Origin: Callorhinchus milii
Taxonomy: Eukaryota
NCBI RefSeq assembly: GCF_018977255.1
Contig: NW_024704743.1
Location: forward strand, 90,708,001 to 90,772,000
Length of the DNA stretch: 64,000 bases
Direction: 5' to 3'
Shown: positions 1 through 11,719 of the stretch, in pieces
How positions within the stretch are numbered: position 1 is the first letter of the stretch
How the letters are laid out: every line of letters starts with the position of its first letter
Notes under the pieces: generated by a model
Told to the model about the DNA's origin: nothing
The model's input: only the letters and a program-made list of their open reading frames with translations
The model's database searches: none
Program-made: the position numbers and the translations under genes

Positions 1-599
1 CTTTCCACTCTGTGAGTGTCAGCAGCGATAGCTACTGACACCCAAACAATTAAAGGGAGGTAAAACAAATTGTTTACCCAGAAGGGGTGACTGCCATTTA
101 ACAAATTAATTTAAAAGGGAATTTGATGGATTAATAAAAGGTACGGGGACCTTATACGAGAGTGAGATTTGATTAGGCAGCTCCAATGGAGAAAAACGCC
201 AGAGTAGACTTGATAGGCCAAATGATCTGTTTTTGTCCTGTGACATTCTGTACATCTCTGGTCCTCATTTTACTTCTTTGCTGTGAGGTAGGATTAAATG
301 CTGTGTCCTCTTAATTATATTCAAGATTTATCCAAACGTTATACGTATATAAACCGTTTCCGTATTCAACAATTATTATTTTCGAAACTGGGTGCTTCTG
401 CTTGAGTCCTATAAAAAGGAGAAGACTTGCAAGAACCTCACTTGAGCAGAAAGCCCAGCTGCAGGAGGAGGGCACTGAGTGAGGTGGAACAGAATGAGAA
501 TTTTGATAAGGAATTTGGTAAGAGTAAGAATTTGGTGAAGAGGGGGAAAAAGGTGCATAATTATGGTATATATAATAGTTATTAAAATAATATAAAACA

Positions 600-2215
600 T
601 GTCTGGGAAAGAGGGAGGGCAGCTGAGATCAGTTGAATGCACAATGTAATGTGTACCATGTGGGAACTCCAGGATGGTTTGTGTGCCCTGGACAAACATG
701 TGTAGGAAGTGCCTCTGGCTGCTTGGTTTCTGAGCTCAAGGAGAGGCTGGTGTCACTACATAGTATACGGGAAGCTGAATTGTTCCTGGATCATTTCAGG
801 AGGTAGTCGCCCCACAGCCACAGAGGGTTCAGAAGGAGAGTGATGACCCGGCATGATAGGAAGAAGGAACGGGCAGTGTAGAAATCTTCTGATAGTGTGG
901 CACTCACAAACTGGTTCTCTGTACTGAATACCGGTCAGGGTGATGACATCTCTGGGGAGGTGAGTCAAAAGCAATGGGGACAAGGGAAGTGTTTCAATGC
1001 AACTGTCATTGGGGTCACAATGGTGAAAGGAATAGACAGGCATTTCTGCAACCAAAGACGTGACTCTTGCACGGTATATTGCCTCCGTGGTGCCAGGGTT
1101 GAAGACATCATGAAACAGGTGCAAAACGTTTTACAGGAGGAAGGGGAACATCCAGAAGTCATGGTGCACATTGGGATCCATGATGTAGAGAAAAAAGGGG
1201 CTGAGATCCCACAGGGAGAGTATTAGAAGCTAGGGAAAAAGCTAAAAATTAGGACCTTAAAGGTGGTGATCTCTGGATTACTCCCAGTGCCTCGTGCAAG
1301 TGAGATCAAACGCATGAATACATGGCTGGAGAAATGGTGCAGAAAGGAGGGCTTCAAGCCCCTGGATCATTGGAACCAGTTCTGGGGCAGATCGGTTACA
1401 CCTGAACAGGGCCGGGACCAATGTCCTCACAGGGATGTTAACTAGTGCTGTGGGGAAGGGTTTAAACTAGTTTCGAGGGTTAAGGGAATCAGGATGTAGC
1501 ATTAGAGAGGACAAACAAGTTACATAGAGGGCTGGGAGAGACAAATACCAATATAATAAGGAATAGTCCAGAAAAAGGAGGGATAAGATGGGGGAAGAAA
1601 TGCAGAGCAGGCTCAGTTGGTCTTGGAGTGCATGTGCGTAAATGCATGGAGTGTGTCAAATAAGATTGGTGAGCTGCAGGCTCAAGTTGCGACATGGGAT
1701 TATGATGTAGTGGCATGAGGGAAAAAAAGGAGAGGGAGTGGTAATATTGATTAAAGACATGGTTAAGGCCCTGGAAAGGGACGATGTACTAGAGGGTCCA
1801 AAAACAGAATCTATTTGCTTTGAGTTAAGGAGAAGAAAAGGAGCTGTTACTCTGTTGGGTGTATACTATAGACCACCAAACAGTGGGAAGGAGATAGTGA
1901 GCAAATCTGTAAATAGATTTCGGAAAGATGCTAAACCAATAGAGCAGTGATAACGGGGGACTTCAATTATCCTAATATAGACTGGCAAAACAACAGTGTG
2001 AAGGGCAAGGAGGGGGAAGGATTCCTGAAATATGTGCAGGATAACTTTCTGGATCAGTGTGTTTCCAACCCAACCAGGAAGGAAGTAATGCTGGATCTAG
2101 TTCTCAGGAATGAAGTGGGCAAGTGGAGCAGGTTTCAGTGGGAGAGCATCTGGACAACAGTGATCACAACAGCATTAGGTTTAGAGTACTTATCATAAGG
2201 TACAAGGAACCATCA
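600..2215 (+). mobile_element. Decayed CR1-type LINE, 5' part: ORF1 (Cys-rich plus SGNH esterase-like) and ORF2 endonuclease
   Basis: Broken reading frames contain CLRGARVEDI, VMVHIGIHDV, VVISGLLPVP (ORF1) and GVYYRPPN, GDFNYPNIDW, LDLVL (APE endonuclease). Frameshifts and stops throughout. Confidence 0.9.
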
Positions 2216-2229
2216 CATTATTTATCAAA

Positions 2230-2650
2230 TAATAAATATCTACCCTATCAAATCCCTTTATTATTTTAAAAACTTCAATTAGACCACCCCTCACCTTCTA
2301 AACTCAAGGCAATTGAGACCAAGTTTATGCAACCTGTCCTCATCATTTTACTCTTTAAGCCCTGGTATCATTCTGGTGAATCCGTGCTGCACCTCCTCCA
2401 TAGCCAATATACCCTTCCTCAGGTGCGGTGCCCAAAACTGATCGCAGTACTCCAGATGGGGTCTAACGAAGACTATAAATTGACTATTTAATTTCTTCTC
2501 ATTTATATTCCACCCCCCTTGAGATAAAGGCAAGTATCCTATTAGCTTTTTTGATAACTTTTTGTACCTATGAACTTGTTTTTAGTGTTTTGTGTAAGTG
2601 GATATCCAAATCTCTTTGCTCCTCCACAGTTCTTAGTTTCTCATTATTTA
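2230..2650 (-). mobile_element. CR1 LINE ORF2 C-terminal fragment
   Basis: Encodes VRPHLEYCDQFWAPHLRKGILAMEEVQHGFTRMIPGLK. Confidence 0.85.
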
Positions 2651-2724
2651 GAAAGTTCTCTTAAGCACGCTGATAGGTTTCCACATGCGTCAGACACTCA
2701 GCTGACCAAAAATGAATTAAATAT

Positions 2725-3278
2725 CAACAACAAGATTGCATTTATAGAGCGTCTTTCACGTCGGGAGGACGTCCCAAGGCGCTGGACAGTTGGGTTGGGA
2801 CCTGAGCATTGGGGGGAAATGATCAGGGAGGGAGCGAGGAGGGGGTAGAGAGTCGGGGGGGGGGGGGTGAAGGCACGGTTGAAGAGAAAGGTCTTGAGAT
2901 CGGCCTTGAAGGAGGAAAGGGAGGAGGCGGCGAAGGCACTGGGGGATAGAGTTCCAGAGCATTGGGGCTGAGAGGCTGAAGGCCCGACCACCGATGGTAG
3001 GGCGGTTGGGGCGGGGGATGTGGACCAGACCGGAGCCAGAGGAACGGAGGGTACGGGCAGGTAGGTTGGGGGATAGTAGGTTGGAGAGGTAGGAGGGAGC
3101 GAGGCCGTGAATGGCCTTGTAGGTGAGGATGAGGATCTTGAATTCGATCCTCTGGGGGATGGGGAGCCAGTGGAGGCGAGCGAGGGTGGGAGTGATGTGG
3201 TCCCGAAGCCTGGTGCGGGACAGTACACGAGCTGCAGAGTTCTGAATGACCTGCAGCTTGTGGAGGGAGGTGCCGGAA
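2725..3278 (-). mobile_element. Young 5'-truncated L2-clade LINE
   Basis: Encodes HKLQVIQNSAARVL...LHWLPIPQRIEFKILILTYKA. Tail GGGACGTCCTCCCGACGTG...(TTG)n. Nearly identical to the copy at 28.3-29.1 kb. Confidence 0.92.
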
Positions 3279-3814
3279 TATCCTGCCAGAACTAAATGTC
3301 AAGGTTGCCATATAAATGCAGCTACATGGGTGAGGTAGCAGAGGGTTCTCATAAAAAGACAAAAAGGGGTTGAAACACTCAGGGAGAGTAAAATAGCCAA
3401 AATAAAGTTATGCAGTAACACGGCCTATAGAAGTACAAGAGAAGTATGAAAGGAAAGATAAACATTGAAGGTTACGGTGCTGTCTCTGCATGACTTGCCC
3501 CGATATATGGTAAATTATTATGTCACTGTGCTCTGTGTCTGCTTACATAAACATTGATTTGTAAATCAGTAATTCAGTGGGTGAAACTCGGGACTTTTCA
3601 GAGTTCAGTTCACCTATGGTGCTACTTCTGCAAATACAGTCACTCCATTTCATAGAATATCCTGTGAAGCACTTTTGTATGTCTTCCCATTGTGAAAGGC
3701 GCTATAACAAATGCAAGGATTATTATTATTACTTCTGAAAGTTGTATTATGTGTACAGTCTTATCCAGATTGTCAGATTAACTTTAATCTGGAACTTGGA
3801 ATATAATTCTGAAT

Positions 3815-4141
3815 ATAATAATAATAATAATCCTTGCATTTGATATAGCGCTTTTCACGTCGGGAGGACGTCCCAAAGCGCTTCACAGAACACACTGTAA
3901 AGTGAATTGACTGTATATTTGTGGGCGAACGCGGCAGCCAATTGCGCACAGCAATGTTCCACATACAGGAGTAGATTGAAAATGACCAATTTTATTATTA
4001 TTTTTGGTTTTGGAGGGATTATTATTAGGCTCTGTGTGGAGTAAGGAAACTTGCCCAAGGTTTCGCCCTGACCTGCCTGAAATTGAACTCAGGTCTCTCA
4101 CTTGCGAAGCGAGTGCTCTAACCACTGAGCTACAGGACTCC
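3815..4141 (-). mobile_element. tRNA-derived SINE, full length (CTCCC-loop subfamily)
   Basis: tRNA-Ala-like head with A/B boxes, Deu-like body, L2-type tail and (TTA)n. Confidence 0.93.
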
Positions 4142-5279
4142 ACATAATTTGGATTATTGTACTATTTTATTTGACTCAGCAGTTTACTTTATCTTATCCA
4201 AATAAAGAGTCACATTGTGTTCTAAGTTCACTCTGTTTTTAACTAACCTGTTGCAACTGATTTTTCTTTAAACTAAGTGTACAGTGCACTTTTAACCATG
4301 ATTCAAAATGAAACTCTGACCTTATTTTTACAACTATCTAAAAATTCTTGCCCTCTTCCCTCCCCAAATTGTACTGTAAAGTTAATATAAGATTACAAAG
4401 ATCAAATATTCTGCACTCTTATAAAATAATGCTAATTATAGCCCAAAGTCATTGACCTTTTATATGCAGAAACAGTAAAGTTATGAAATTGTTATGTGCT
4501 TGAGTTCCCGTGCCAGGTTAAAGGGTATTACAACGTTGTAAGCAGGGAGACATTACCGAGCAGAAATTCTACCTGGATCTAGATTTATTCTATTTGGTTG
4601 GTGAATGAGATAGTCAATTTGTGCACCGCGGTATTCCAGCACTGTACTAGAGTGTTAGTTCAGGATGTCTTGTGGGGCTTGAACACTCAACCTCCTGACT
4701 CTGAGACCCAAGTACAACAAACTGAGCTATGAGGATACCTCAGCTCAGTTTGTAGCATTCTCACCTTTGCGTCAGAACGTTATGGATTCAAGCCCCACAT
4801 TAGGACTCGTGAGTTCAAAGCCAAGGCTTACATATCCGTGCAACTTCAAAGTTAAATCTGAATTTAGCAATTTGCCAAATTGCTTCAGAAAAAAATAAAT
4901 CTATACCCAGATGAAATATCTCCCCACTGATGTGCAGTTATTTGTTTACCTACAATATACAGTCACTACATAAAAGAAATTCCCTGTGAAAAAGTTTAAG
5001 ATGGTTTAATATTATATGCACTGTATCAAATGCAAGGACTCTTTTAATATATATGTTTATATTATTGTTGAAAATAGCTAGATACGTGCTTGACAATTAA
5101 AAGGATTCAGTGTTATTAAATGATAAAATAGATCTGTTGAAGGAATCTTTAGGGAAGTGGGATATACCTTGGTTTCATGATTTACTACTATCTAGAAATG
5201 TTAATATGTTGCTATACACAAAGGTAGCAGAACAAGTCATGAGTTCAAGCTGTAATGGGAAATTTTAGGATAAAATACA

Positions 5280-5570
5280 ATACAAAATTACATTTGTATA
5301 GCGTCTTTCATGTTGGGATGACGTCCAAGGCACTGGACGGTCAGGAATTTGGGCCTGACCGGGGGGGTGGGGTTGGGATCATGGAGGGTAGGAGGGTGAC
5401 TGAAGGCTCAGTCGAAGAGCAGAGTCTTGAGAAGTGACTTGAAGGAGGCAAGGGAGGGAGCGGGGCAAAGGAATGTGGGATGGAGTTCCAAAGGGTGAGG
5501 GCAGAGATGCTGAAGGGCCGACCACCGAATGGGATTGTGGAGCCTGCTGAGTGGAGGGAGAGGACGTGAG
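5280..5570 (-). mobile_element. Decayed L2 3' end
   Basis: Similar to the 3' end of the 2725-3278 element. Confidence 0.7.
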
Positions 5571-5930
5571 AAAGTATTTATTTACATTGAAGGTAATTGA
5601 CAATCAGAACAGAGTATCAGGAAAGCTGGTTGAGGTCAAGGCACGAGAGTCTTGATGGCTTCGGACATTGCTGTGAGCAAATTGTCTGCGTGTTCGTCTA
5701 AAACAGAGTCAGTACATTTTACAATCAATTTTGAGATGTTCTGACATGAAAGGTACTACATCGCATGCAAGGATTACTATTGTTATGACAATAGAGTTGG
5801 TATTCTGAATAAATGAAATCAAATGGGCCCAGAGTATTCTTCATCTAAATCTCTCTTATGATGTAATTGCTGTTCTAAGTTCATTTTTAATTAAAAGATT
5901 CATTATTCATTTTTGTACTTTACCTTTCAG

Positions 5931-6059
5931 CATCCGGGTGGTGAAGAAGTACTTAGAGAGCAAGGAGGAGGTGATGCTACAGAAGCCTTTGAAGATGTTG
6001 GACATTCCACAGATGCACAAGAGCTACGCAAACAATATATAATAGGAGAGGTTCATCCT
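5931..6059 (+). CDS. CYB5A: Cytochrome b5 coding exon 2 (heme-binding core)
   Basis: Bounded by ttcAG and GTgagt. 129 nt, phase 0. Encodes [43 protein letters not shown] with both heme-ligand histidines (HPGG, VGHS). The family call is firm; the A versus B paralog call is less certain. Confidence 0.93.
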
Positions 6060-6654
6060 GTGAGTGCCATATCCTCACTTGTGATTCTAATGCTGATTTC
6101 ATTTAATAGGAATAGAAAATGCAAAATTTTAATCTAATTTTATTTGCTCACTGGATAACTGCATGATTCGTTATCCGCATCAGTGCTCAGAAGCAGTCTG
6201 GCTGCGATATTGATGAAAATGTTTGATTCCATGCAATGTAACAAGGTTTGTAATTATTTTACTTGAGCAACATGAGGTGGAGGTCCAATAAGTACGTAGG
6301 CACACAAACATGCAGAAACCCCGTGAGAGATACACACACATCCATGAGCGTCCACACACACATTTCCATATATACAATTGGGCTGCTTCCAATTAGTGCA
6401 GTAGAGGTCTCTCTCTATTGTTTATTGCAAACTAAGTTATATTCTATCTTCCTTGAAATGAGAATTGAAACCATGCAAACGTCACAACTTCAATTTGAAC
6501 CAAAAGGGCAGAGAGTAAATTCTTTAACACTAAGATTCGTTCCAATTGACATCTAATTCTACATTTCACAATTGGGAATACATGTCCACATAATCTTAAG
6601 ATTTTAAAGTCAACTGATTATAGAAAACTACATTGTGAGATTTTAAGATTACAA

Positions 6655-6723
6655 CAAGATCAACAACGGCAAGATTACATTTGTATAGCGCCTTTCACGT
6701 CGGGAGGACGTCCCAAGGCGCTG
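6655..6723 (-). mobile_element. Minimal L2 3'-tail insertion with 8-bp target-site duplication
   Basis: Only the L2 tail stem-loop and (TTG)n, flanked by GATTACAA at 6647-6654 and 6724-6731. Confidence 0.8.
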
Positions 6724-7300
6724 GATTACAAAGCGATTTTGCTCCCATTGAATCTAGATATTTTCTCCAGGTGAATGGGTAAGAAAACTTACCAATCAAT
6801 GAATGACTTTTGGTAATTGCACATGACTAACTGGCTCTGCAGGCAGAAATACACAGCGTTGTCAGTAACTTGAAGCTTTGGCCAAAACACCTAGCAGTAT
6901 TTACTGCTAGCTGCTTTTCCTTGAGATCTGAAACCAGACATCTACAAGGCTGTCAATTTAGTAAAAAATTATGTATTTTGCTTCTACCAACTAGCTGCTG
7001 TGTTCAGGCAGGCGATAATCATTTCCAAGCCCAGTAGAGAGAAGACTTGTTTGCACCAGTCAGGGCTGCTCAGCAGCTAAGACCTGTTCTGATTGAATGC
7101 ACTATCCAGGTCTCCTCAGGTTGGCTTACCTGATGCCTTCATCTCTCCATAGTGGACATAACTATGGAGAAATTAAGGTATTGAGATCCAAATTGGGTCT
7201 CAATGGCTAAATATTCATTGTCAAAGTGACCAGGCTTTCAACATGTGCTATTGTCAAAAGCAAGGACTTAAGTTGTAATGTTTATCTTTCTATTAATCAG

Positions 7301-7330
7301 GACGACAGGGCTGCTCTTAGAAAGCAAGAG
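7301..7330 (+). CDS. CYB5A: Cytochrome b5 coding exon 3
   Basis: aatcAG|GACGACAGG...CAAGAG|GTgagt. 30 nt encoding DDRAALRKQE, matching the DDR- start and size of vertebrate CYB5A exon 3. Confidence 0.88.
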
Positions 7331-7699
7331 GTGAGTAACAAAAACTTACTTTCTTAGTTTTTTTTGTTAATTCAGGAGTTTATTATCCTCTACCTATTCC
7401 AAATAACTGTCTCTTTCTCTCCCCCCACCCCCAAGTAATCCACCCTTGCTACATACTGAGCTGGGCTAACATCTTTGGTCTGCCGTTCACAGGTTAAAAT
7501 TCAGCTTCTATACCTCTGGCCTCCAAACCTTTCTTCCAAAACCATTTTGCCTTGCTTAGCTATCTTATTGGCTTCAAGAGAACTTGTATATCCTTAACAA
7601 CCTTATTTCCATTTTGGGTGTGCACCATTGCCATTTATCAAGCACTTTGTTAACCGCTGGAAATATGTATTCAACCCAGTGATTCATAGCTCTATACAT

Positions 7700-8585
7700 A
7701 GGTTTAGAATTTCAAAGGAGGAGGTGGGCGACGTAGGGAGGTGCCAGAGAGTGAAGGGATTTAAACACGAGTGTGAGGATCTTGGATTCGATCCGTTCAG
7801 TGATGGGGAGCCAGTGGAGCCTGGCCAGAACTGGTGAGATGTGGGTCCGGGTCAGTATGTGGGAAGCAGAGTTCTGAATGAGCTGGATCTTTTGAATAGT
7901 GAGTCTGAGGGAGAGCTCAGGGAAGTTGCGTTTAGATTCGCAGAAGTGAAAATATTTACGGGAGCCAAGGAGTATGGCTTCCATCTTGTCCACATTCAGC
8001 TGCAGAAAGTTTGCACTCATCCAGGCCCTGATGTCTGCCAGACAAGCTGATAGAAATCGGCGGACTTGGAGTTGGTACTGCAGAAAACAAAGTAGATTTG
8101 TGTGTCATCCACACGCATGTGGAAGTTTACCCCGTGTCTGTGGATGACATCACCCAGAGGGAGCATATAGATACAGAAAAGAAGAGGGCTAAAGATAACG
8201 CCCTAGGGTACCCTGCAGATGACCAGGCGGGGGAGGGAGGAGAAACCATTTGCCGAGGTGAAATGGAGGGGGTTGGTTAAGTGGGGCTCAAACTACGTGA
8301 GTGTGGTTCCACTAAGATGGATGAGGGAGGAGAGGCAGTCGAGGAGGATGGCATGGTCAACCGTGTTGATCGTGGCAGAGAGATCTAGGAGGATGAGGAG
8401 GCAGAGGGAGTCCTGGTCACAAATAAAGAAGATGTTGTTTGTGACTTTGACAAGCTCTTTCTCTGTGCTGTGGGCAGGGTGAAAACCTGACTGCAGGGGC
8501 TCAAGGAAGGAGTGGAGGTAGAGGTGTGACTGAAGTTGGCCTGCAACAATGCATTCCAGGACTTTTGCAGGTCAACTTTGTTGAC
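7700..8585 (-). mobile_element. Older L2 LINE, reverse transcriptase region, internally deleted
   Basis: Encodes MSANFLQLNVDKMEAILLG, QLIQNSASHIL and LARLHWLPITERIESKIL. Confidence 0.85.
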
Positions 8586-8672
8586 CAAACAAATCTTGTG
8601 ATCTCCCTACTTTCCTAGTTGACATTGCATTCTTGTAATAACGAGATTAACTTCTTAATTTTTCTATCACAG

Positions 8673-8707
8673 GTTACATCGGTTACCATCTTGGACTCTC
8701 AAGCAAG
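8673..8707 (+). CDS. CYB5A: Cytochrome b5 coding exon 4 (linker)
   Basis: cacAG|GTTACA...GCAAG|GTaaac. 35 nt encoding VTSVTILDSQA plus a split Ser codon. Phase is compatible with both neighbouring exons. Confidence 0.85.
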
Positions 8708-9069
8708 GTAAACAATTTGCCTTTTACCAGTTAACTATGACTTTTTTTCCATTACCTTAATGTATTAATGTGTTCTAGTCTGTATTTTCTCCTCATAAAC
8801 CTTGATAATGAAACATTGAGTGTTTTGGTGAAGTGCAGTGTTAAGGTGACAGTAAATATGGCTTTCAGTAATTCAAGCTATCAAATTTGCAGAAGTGAAT
8901 TGTAGATATTGGGGAATAAAATGATTCAGCTCAGTTTTTATACTGAAAGGGAAAAAGACTTGAGCTGCTCAGCTTTGAACAATGGCTGTGGAAATGTGCA
9001 ATACTCAATTCAAATTTAATTTTTTTAAAAAACTCTAAAAATTAGTTTTCTAATTATGCCTGTCATTGA

Positions 9070-9384
9070 TAATAATAAAATAATAATCCTTGCACTTGAT
9101 ATAGTGTTTTTTCACATTTTTGAGACGTCTCAAAGCGCTTAACAAAATATATTGTAAAGTGAATTGACTGTGTATTTGTGAGCGAAACACGGCAGCCAAT
9201 TGCGCACCGCAGTGTCCCACAAACAGTCGTGGATTGAGTGACCAAATTATTCTCTTTTTTTTTGAGGGATTATTATCAGACATGTGGAGCAAGGAAACTT
9301 GCCCAAGTTATTGCCCTGCCGGCAATCGGACCCAGATCTCTCGCTTGTGAGGCGAGTGCTCTAACCACTGAGCTACAGAACTCC
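9070..9384 (-). mobile_element. tRNA-derived SINE, full length
   Basis: Same family, with a diverged tail loop. Confidence 0.9.
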
Positions 9385-9786
9385 AAACGATAAATTGCTA
9401 TTAAATTGAAATGCTATTAGATTGTAATTTATTTGACCACAAAATACACAGCACACAGTAAATCATATGAAGCACTTTGAAACAACCTTGTGAAAGGTGC
9501 TAAATCAAATGTAAGGATTTAATTTTTTTTTAACTGGATAAAAATGTTGAAGCACCAGTCAAGACAAGCTCCAGTTAACCATTTCTAGGGAAGACATTTT
9601 GATGAATGATTCAGCTTCACTATAAGTAATGATTGATCCAGCGTTCAAAGCAGAATTCTCCACATTAACTTTTTTTTAGGGAGGAATCTAACTGCACATA
9701 AATTGCTTTTTTAAATTCATAAAGAGTTAAGGAGACTCTTTCTCTGTAAAGTTTTAACTCTGCCTTCTTTCTGTCCTTTATTTTAG

Positions 9787-9865
9787 TTGGGCAAATTGGA
9801 TAATCCCAGCAATAGCGGGCATCATTGTGGTCCTAATGTATCGGTATTACGTAGCACAACAGTGA
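9787..9865 (+). CDS. CYB5A: Cytochrome b5 terminal coding exon (tail-anchor transmembrane segment)
   Basis: Polypyrimidine tract then tttAG. Encodes (S)WANWIIPAIAGIIVVLMYRYYVAQQ with TGA at 9863-9865. Typical b5 NWxIPAI membrane anchor. Confidence 0.9.
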
Positions 9866-10339
9866 GTGCTGCATGTAGAAGACCTTCAGGGGAGTAACCT
9901 TTTGTATAATTTCATACTAATTGCAATCTTACAATCCAGTGATGAAATCCTGATGCTTATCCAGACTTTAAAGGGTTGGGCAAAAGAAATTCCTCTTACT
10001 GCTAACCAAAGTGATTTTGACATTGTGCAAGTGCTGTCGAACACAATGCATTTAGCAATCAGAGGAATTCCAGCCCTTATATTTCTAAAGATTAATATGG
10101 CAAATTTTTTTGTATTCAACTTGTATATTTTACCAACTGTAATTGTCAGCTTTTATTACTGTAAATTTAATATTTGAATGTTTGAGAAATTACACTAGCT
10201 TATTGTCATGATTTGTTATCCTGAAAAGCTACATTATAATATTGTAGGCATGAGCCATTGAGCAAGTCAGAAATTCTCACTTTACACACATATATATAAT
10301 TATATATATATATATGTATATACCTATTTTCTACAGTTA

Positions 10340-10521
10340 ATTAAATTCTAAGAAGTCAAGACAATGAAAGATTATTTTGTTTGAGGTCACATTTTGCCAG
10401 GTGATGGCAATAGTAATGCTGGTTTCAAGCTTGTAATCTTGTTTCATGTCTGAGACACTGCAGCTTGAAGAACACAGAAATGAAAAACAGATTTGTGCTA
10501 GCACGCAAATTATGCAATAAA
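10340..10521 (+). terminator. Candidate poly(A) signals of the cytochrome b5 gene
   Basis: ATTAAA at 10340-10345 and AATAAA at 10516-10521, downstream of the stop in AT-rich, repeat-free sequence. Confidence 0.4.
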
Positions 10522-10797
10522 TGATTGCTGCTTGTACTGTACTGAGTAATTGAGGATTGGCCAGGTTGCTTAAAGGATGAGAACTCAGAACAAGACGGGT
10601 AATTTGCCAATGACAAAACCATTGTTTTTTGGGAGGGAAAAAAATGACTATTCCATTACACTTTCACTCAGGTAACTTTAGACTTTTCTTGATTTCTTGT
10701 TGGGTTTTAAAAATCAGTTCGCTGGGGGTGGGCAGAAGTGATGTACTAATGTAATATGCAGTAGTTTATAATAATGTAATATGCAGCAATTATAGAT

Positions 10798-11113
10798 GGA
10801 GTCCTGTAGCTCAGTGGTTAGAGCACTCGCTTTGCAAGCGAGAGACCTGAGTTCAATTCCAAGCAGGTCAGGGCGAAACCTTGGGCAAGTTTCCTTACTC
10901 CACACACCTAATAATAATCCCTCCAAAACCAAAAACAATAATAAATTGGTCATTTTCAATCTACGACTGTTTGTGGGACATTGCTGTGCGCAATTGGCTG
11001 CCGCGTTAGCCCACAAATATACAGTCAATTCACTTTACAGTGTATTCTGTGAAGCGCTTTGGGACGTCCTCCCGATTTGAAAAGCGCTATATCAAATGCA
11101 AGGATTATTATTA
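10798..11113 (+). mobile_element. tRNA-derived SINE, full length (CTCCC-loop subfamily)
   Basis: GGAGTCCTGTAGCTCAGTGGTTAGAGC...GTTCAATTCC...GCAAGGA(TTA)n. Confidence 0.93.
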
Positions 11114-11703
11114 TATGATACCCCACAAAATCTGCTTTGGTGCAATCTCAATGGTGACTTCCTAAAGTTGGATTGCAGTGAAAAGAGACAGGCTGAGATT
11201 GGTTGCTAAACGAGTTCCAGTTGGACAGCGGGAGCTGTATCTGGGTAAATGTACAATTCTATTTGTTTTACAAATCACTACTTATTGGACATCTGTACAT
11301 TGTATTATCCCATCTGGGATTGTTAATTGCTAGCAATTTAAAAAGCTTTAGCAATGTAACAAGAAAGATCCGTCTGAACAGGCACAGATGGACCTTGGTT
11401 TTGCATCTCATTCATAGGATGGCATCTCTGATAATGCCATATTCTCAGCACTACTGGAGAGTGCTAGCCTGGAGCGTAAACTCAAAGATCTGATGTGGAG
11501 GCTCAAACCTACAGTCTTCTAACTTGGAAGCAAGAGTACTACCCATTGAGGACTTCTGCTGCTGACTGCTGTGTTTTCCTATAAAATACACAATCACTGC
11601 ACTTTGCTTTGAAATCCTGTGAAACACTTTGCTGTTGTTGGTCTCCTGAAGGAGTGGGTTTATAGATTCAATTAATCTGTCTTTGTGCGGTTACAGGTGC
11701 AGT

Positions 11704-11719
11704 CCACCAGAGGGTAGCA
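11704..11719 (+). promoter_or_regulatory. Candidate CTCF motif
   Basis: CCACCAGAGGGTAGCA resembles the CTCF core. Lies between the two genes. Confidence 0.4.

Noticed and set aside
1..5930. Cytochrome b5 exon 1
   Set aside because: No segment encoding the expected N-terminal W...VYD.T.FL.E motif was recognised. It probably lies upstream of the window.
7331..8672. Alternative exon for soluble erythrocyte b5, as in mammals
   Set aside because: No convincing small stop-containing exon. The intron is mostly L2 sequence.
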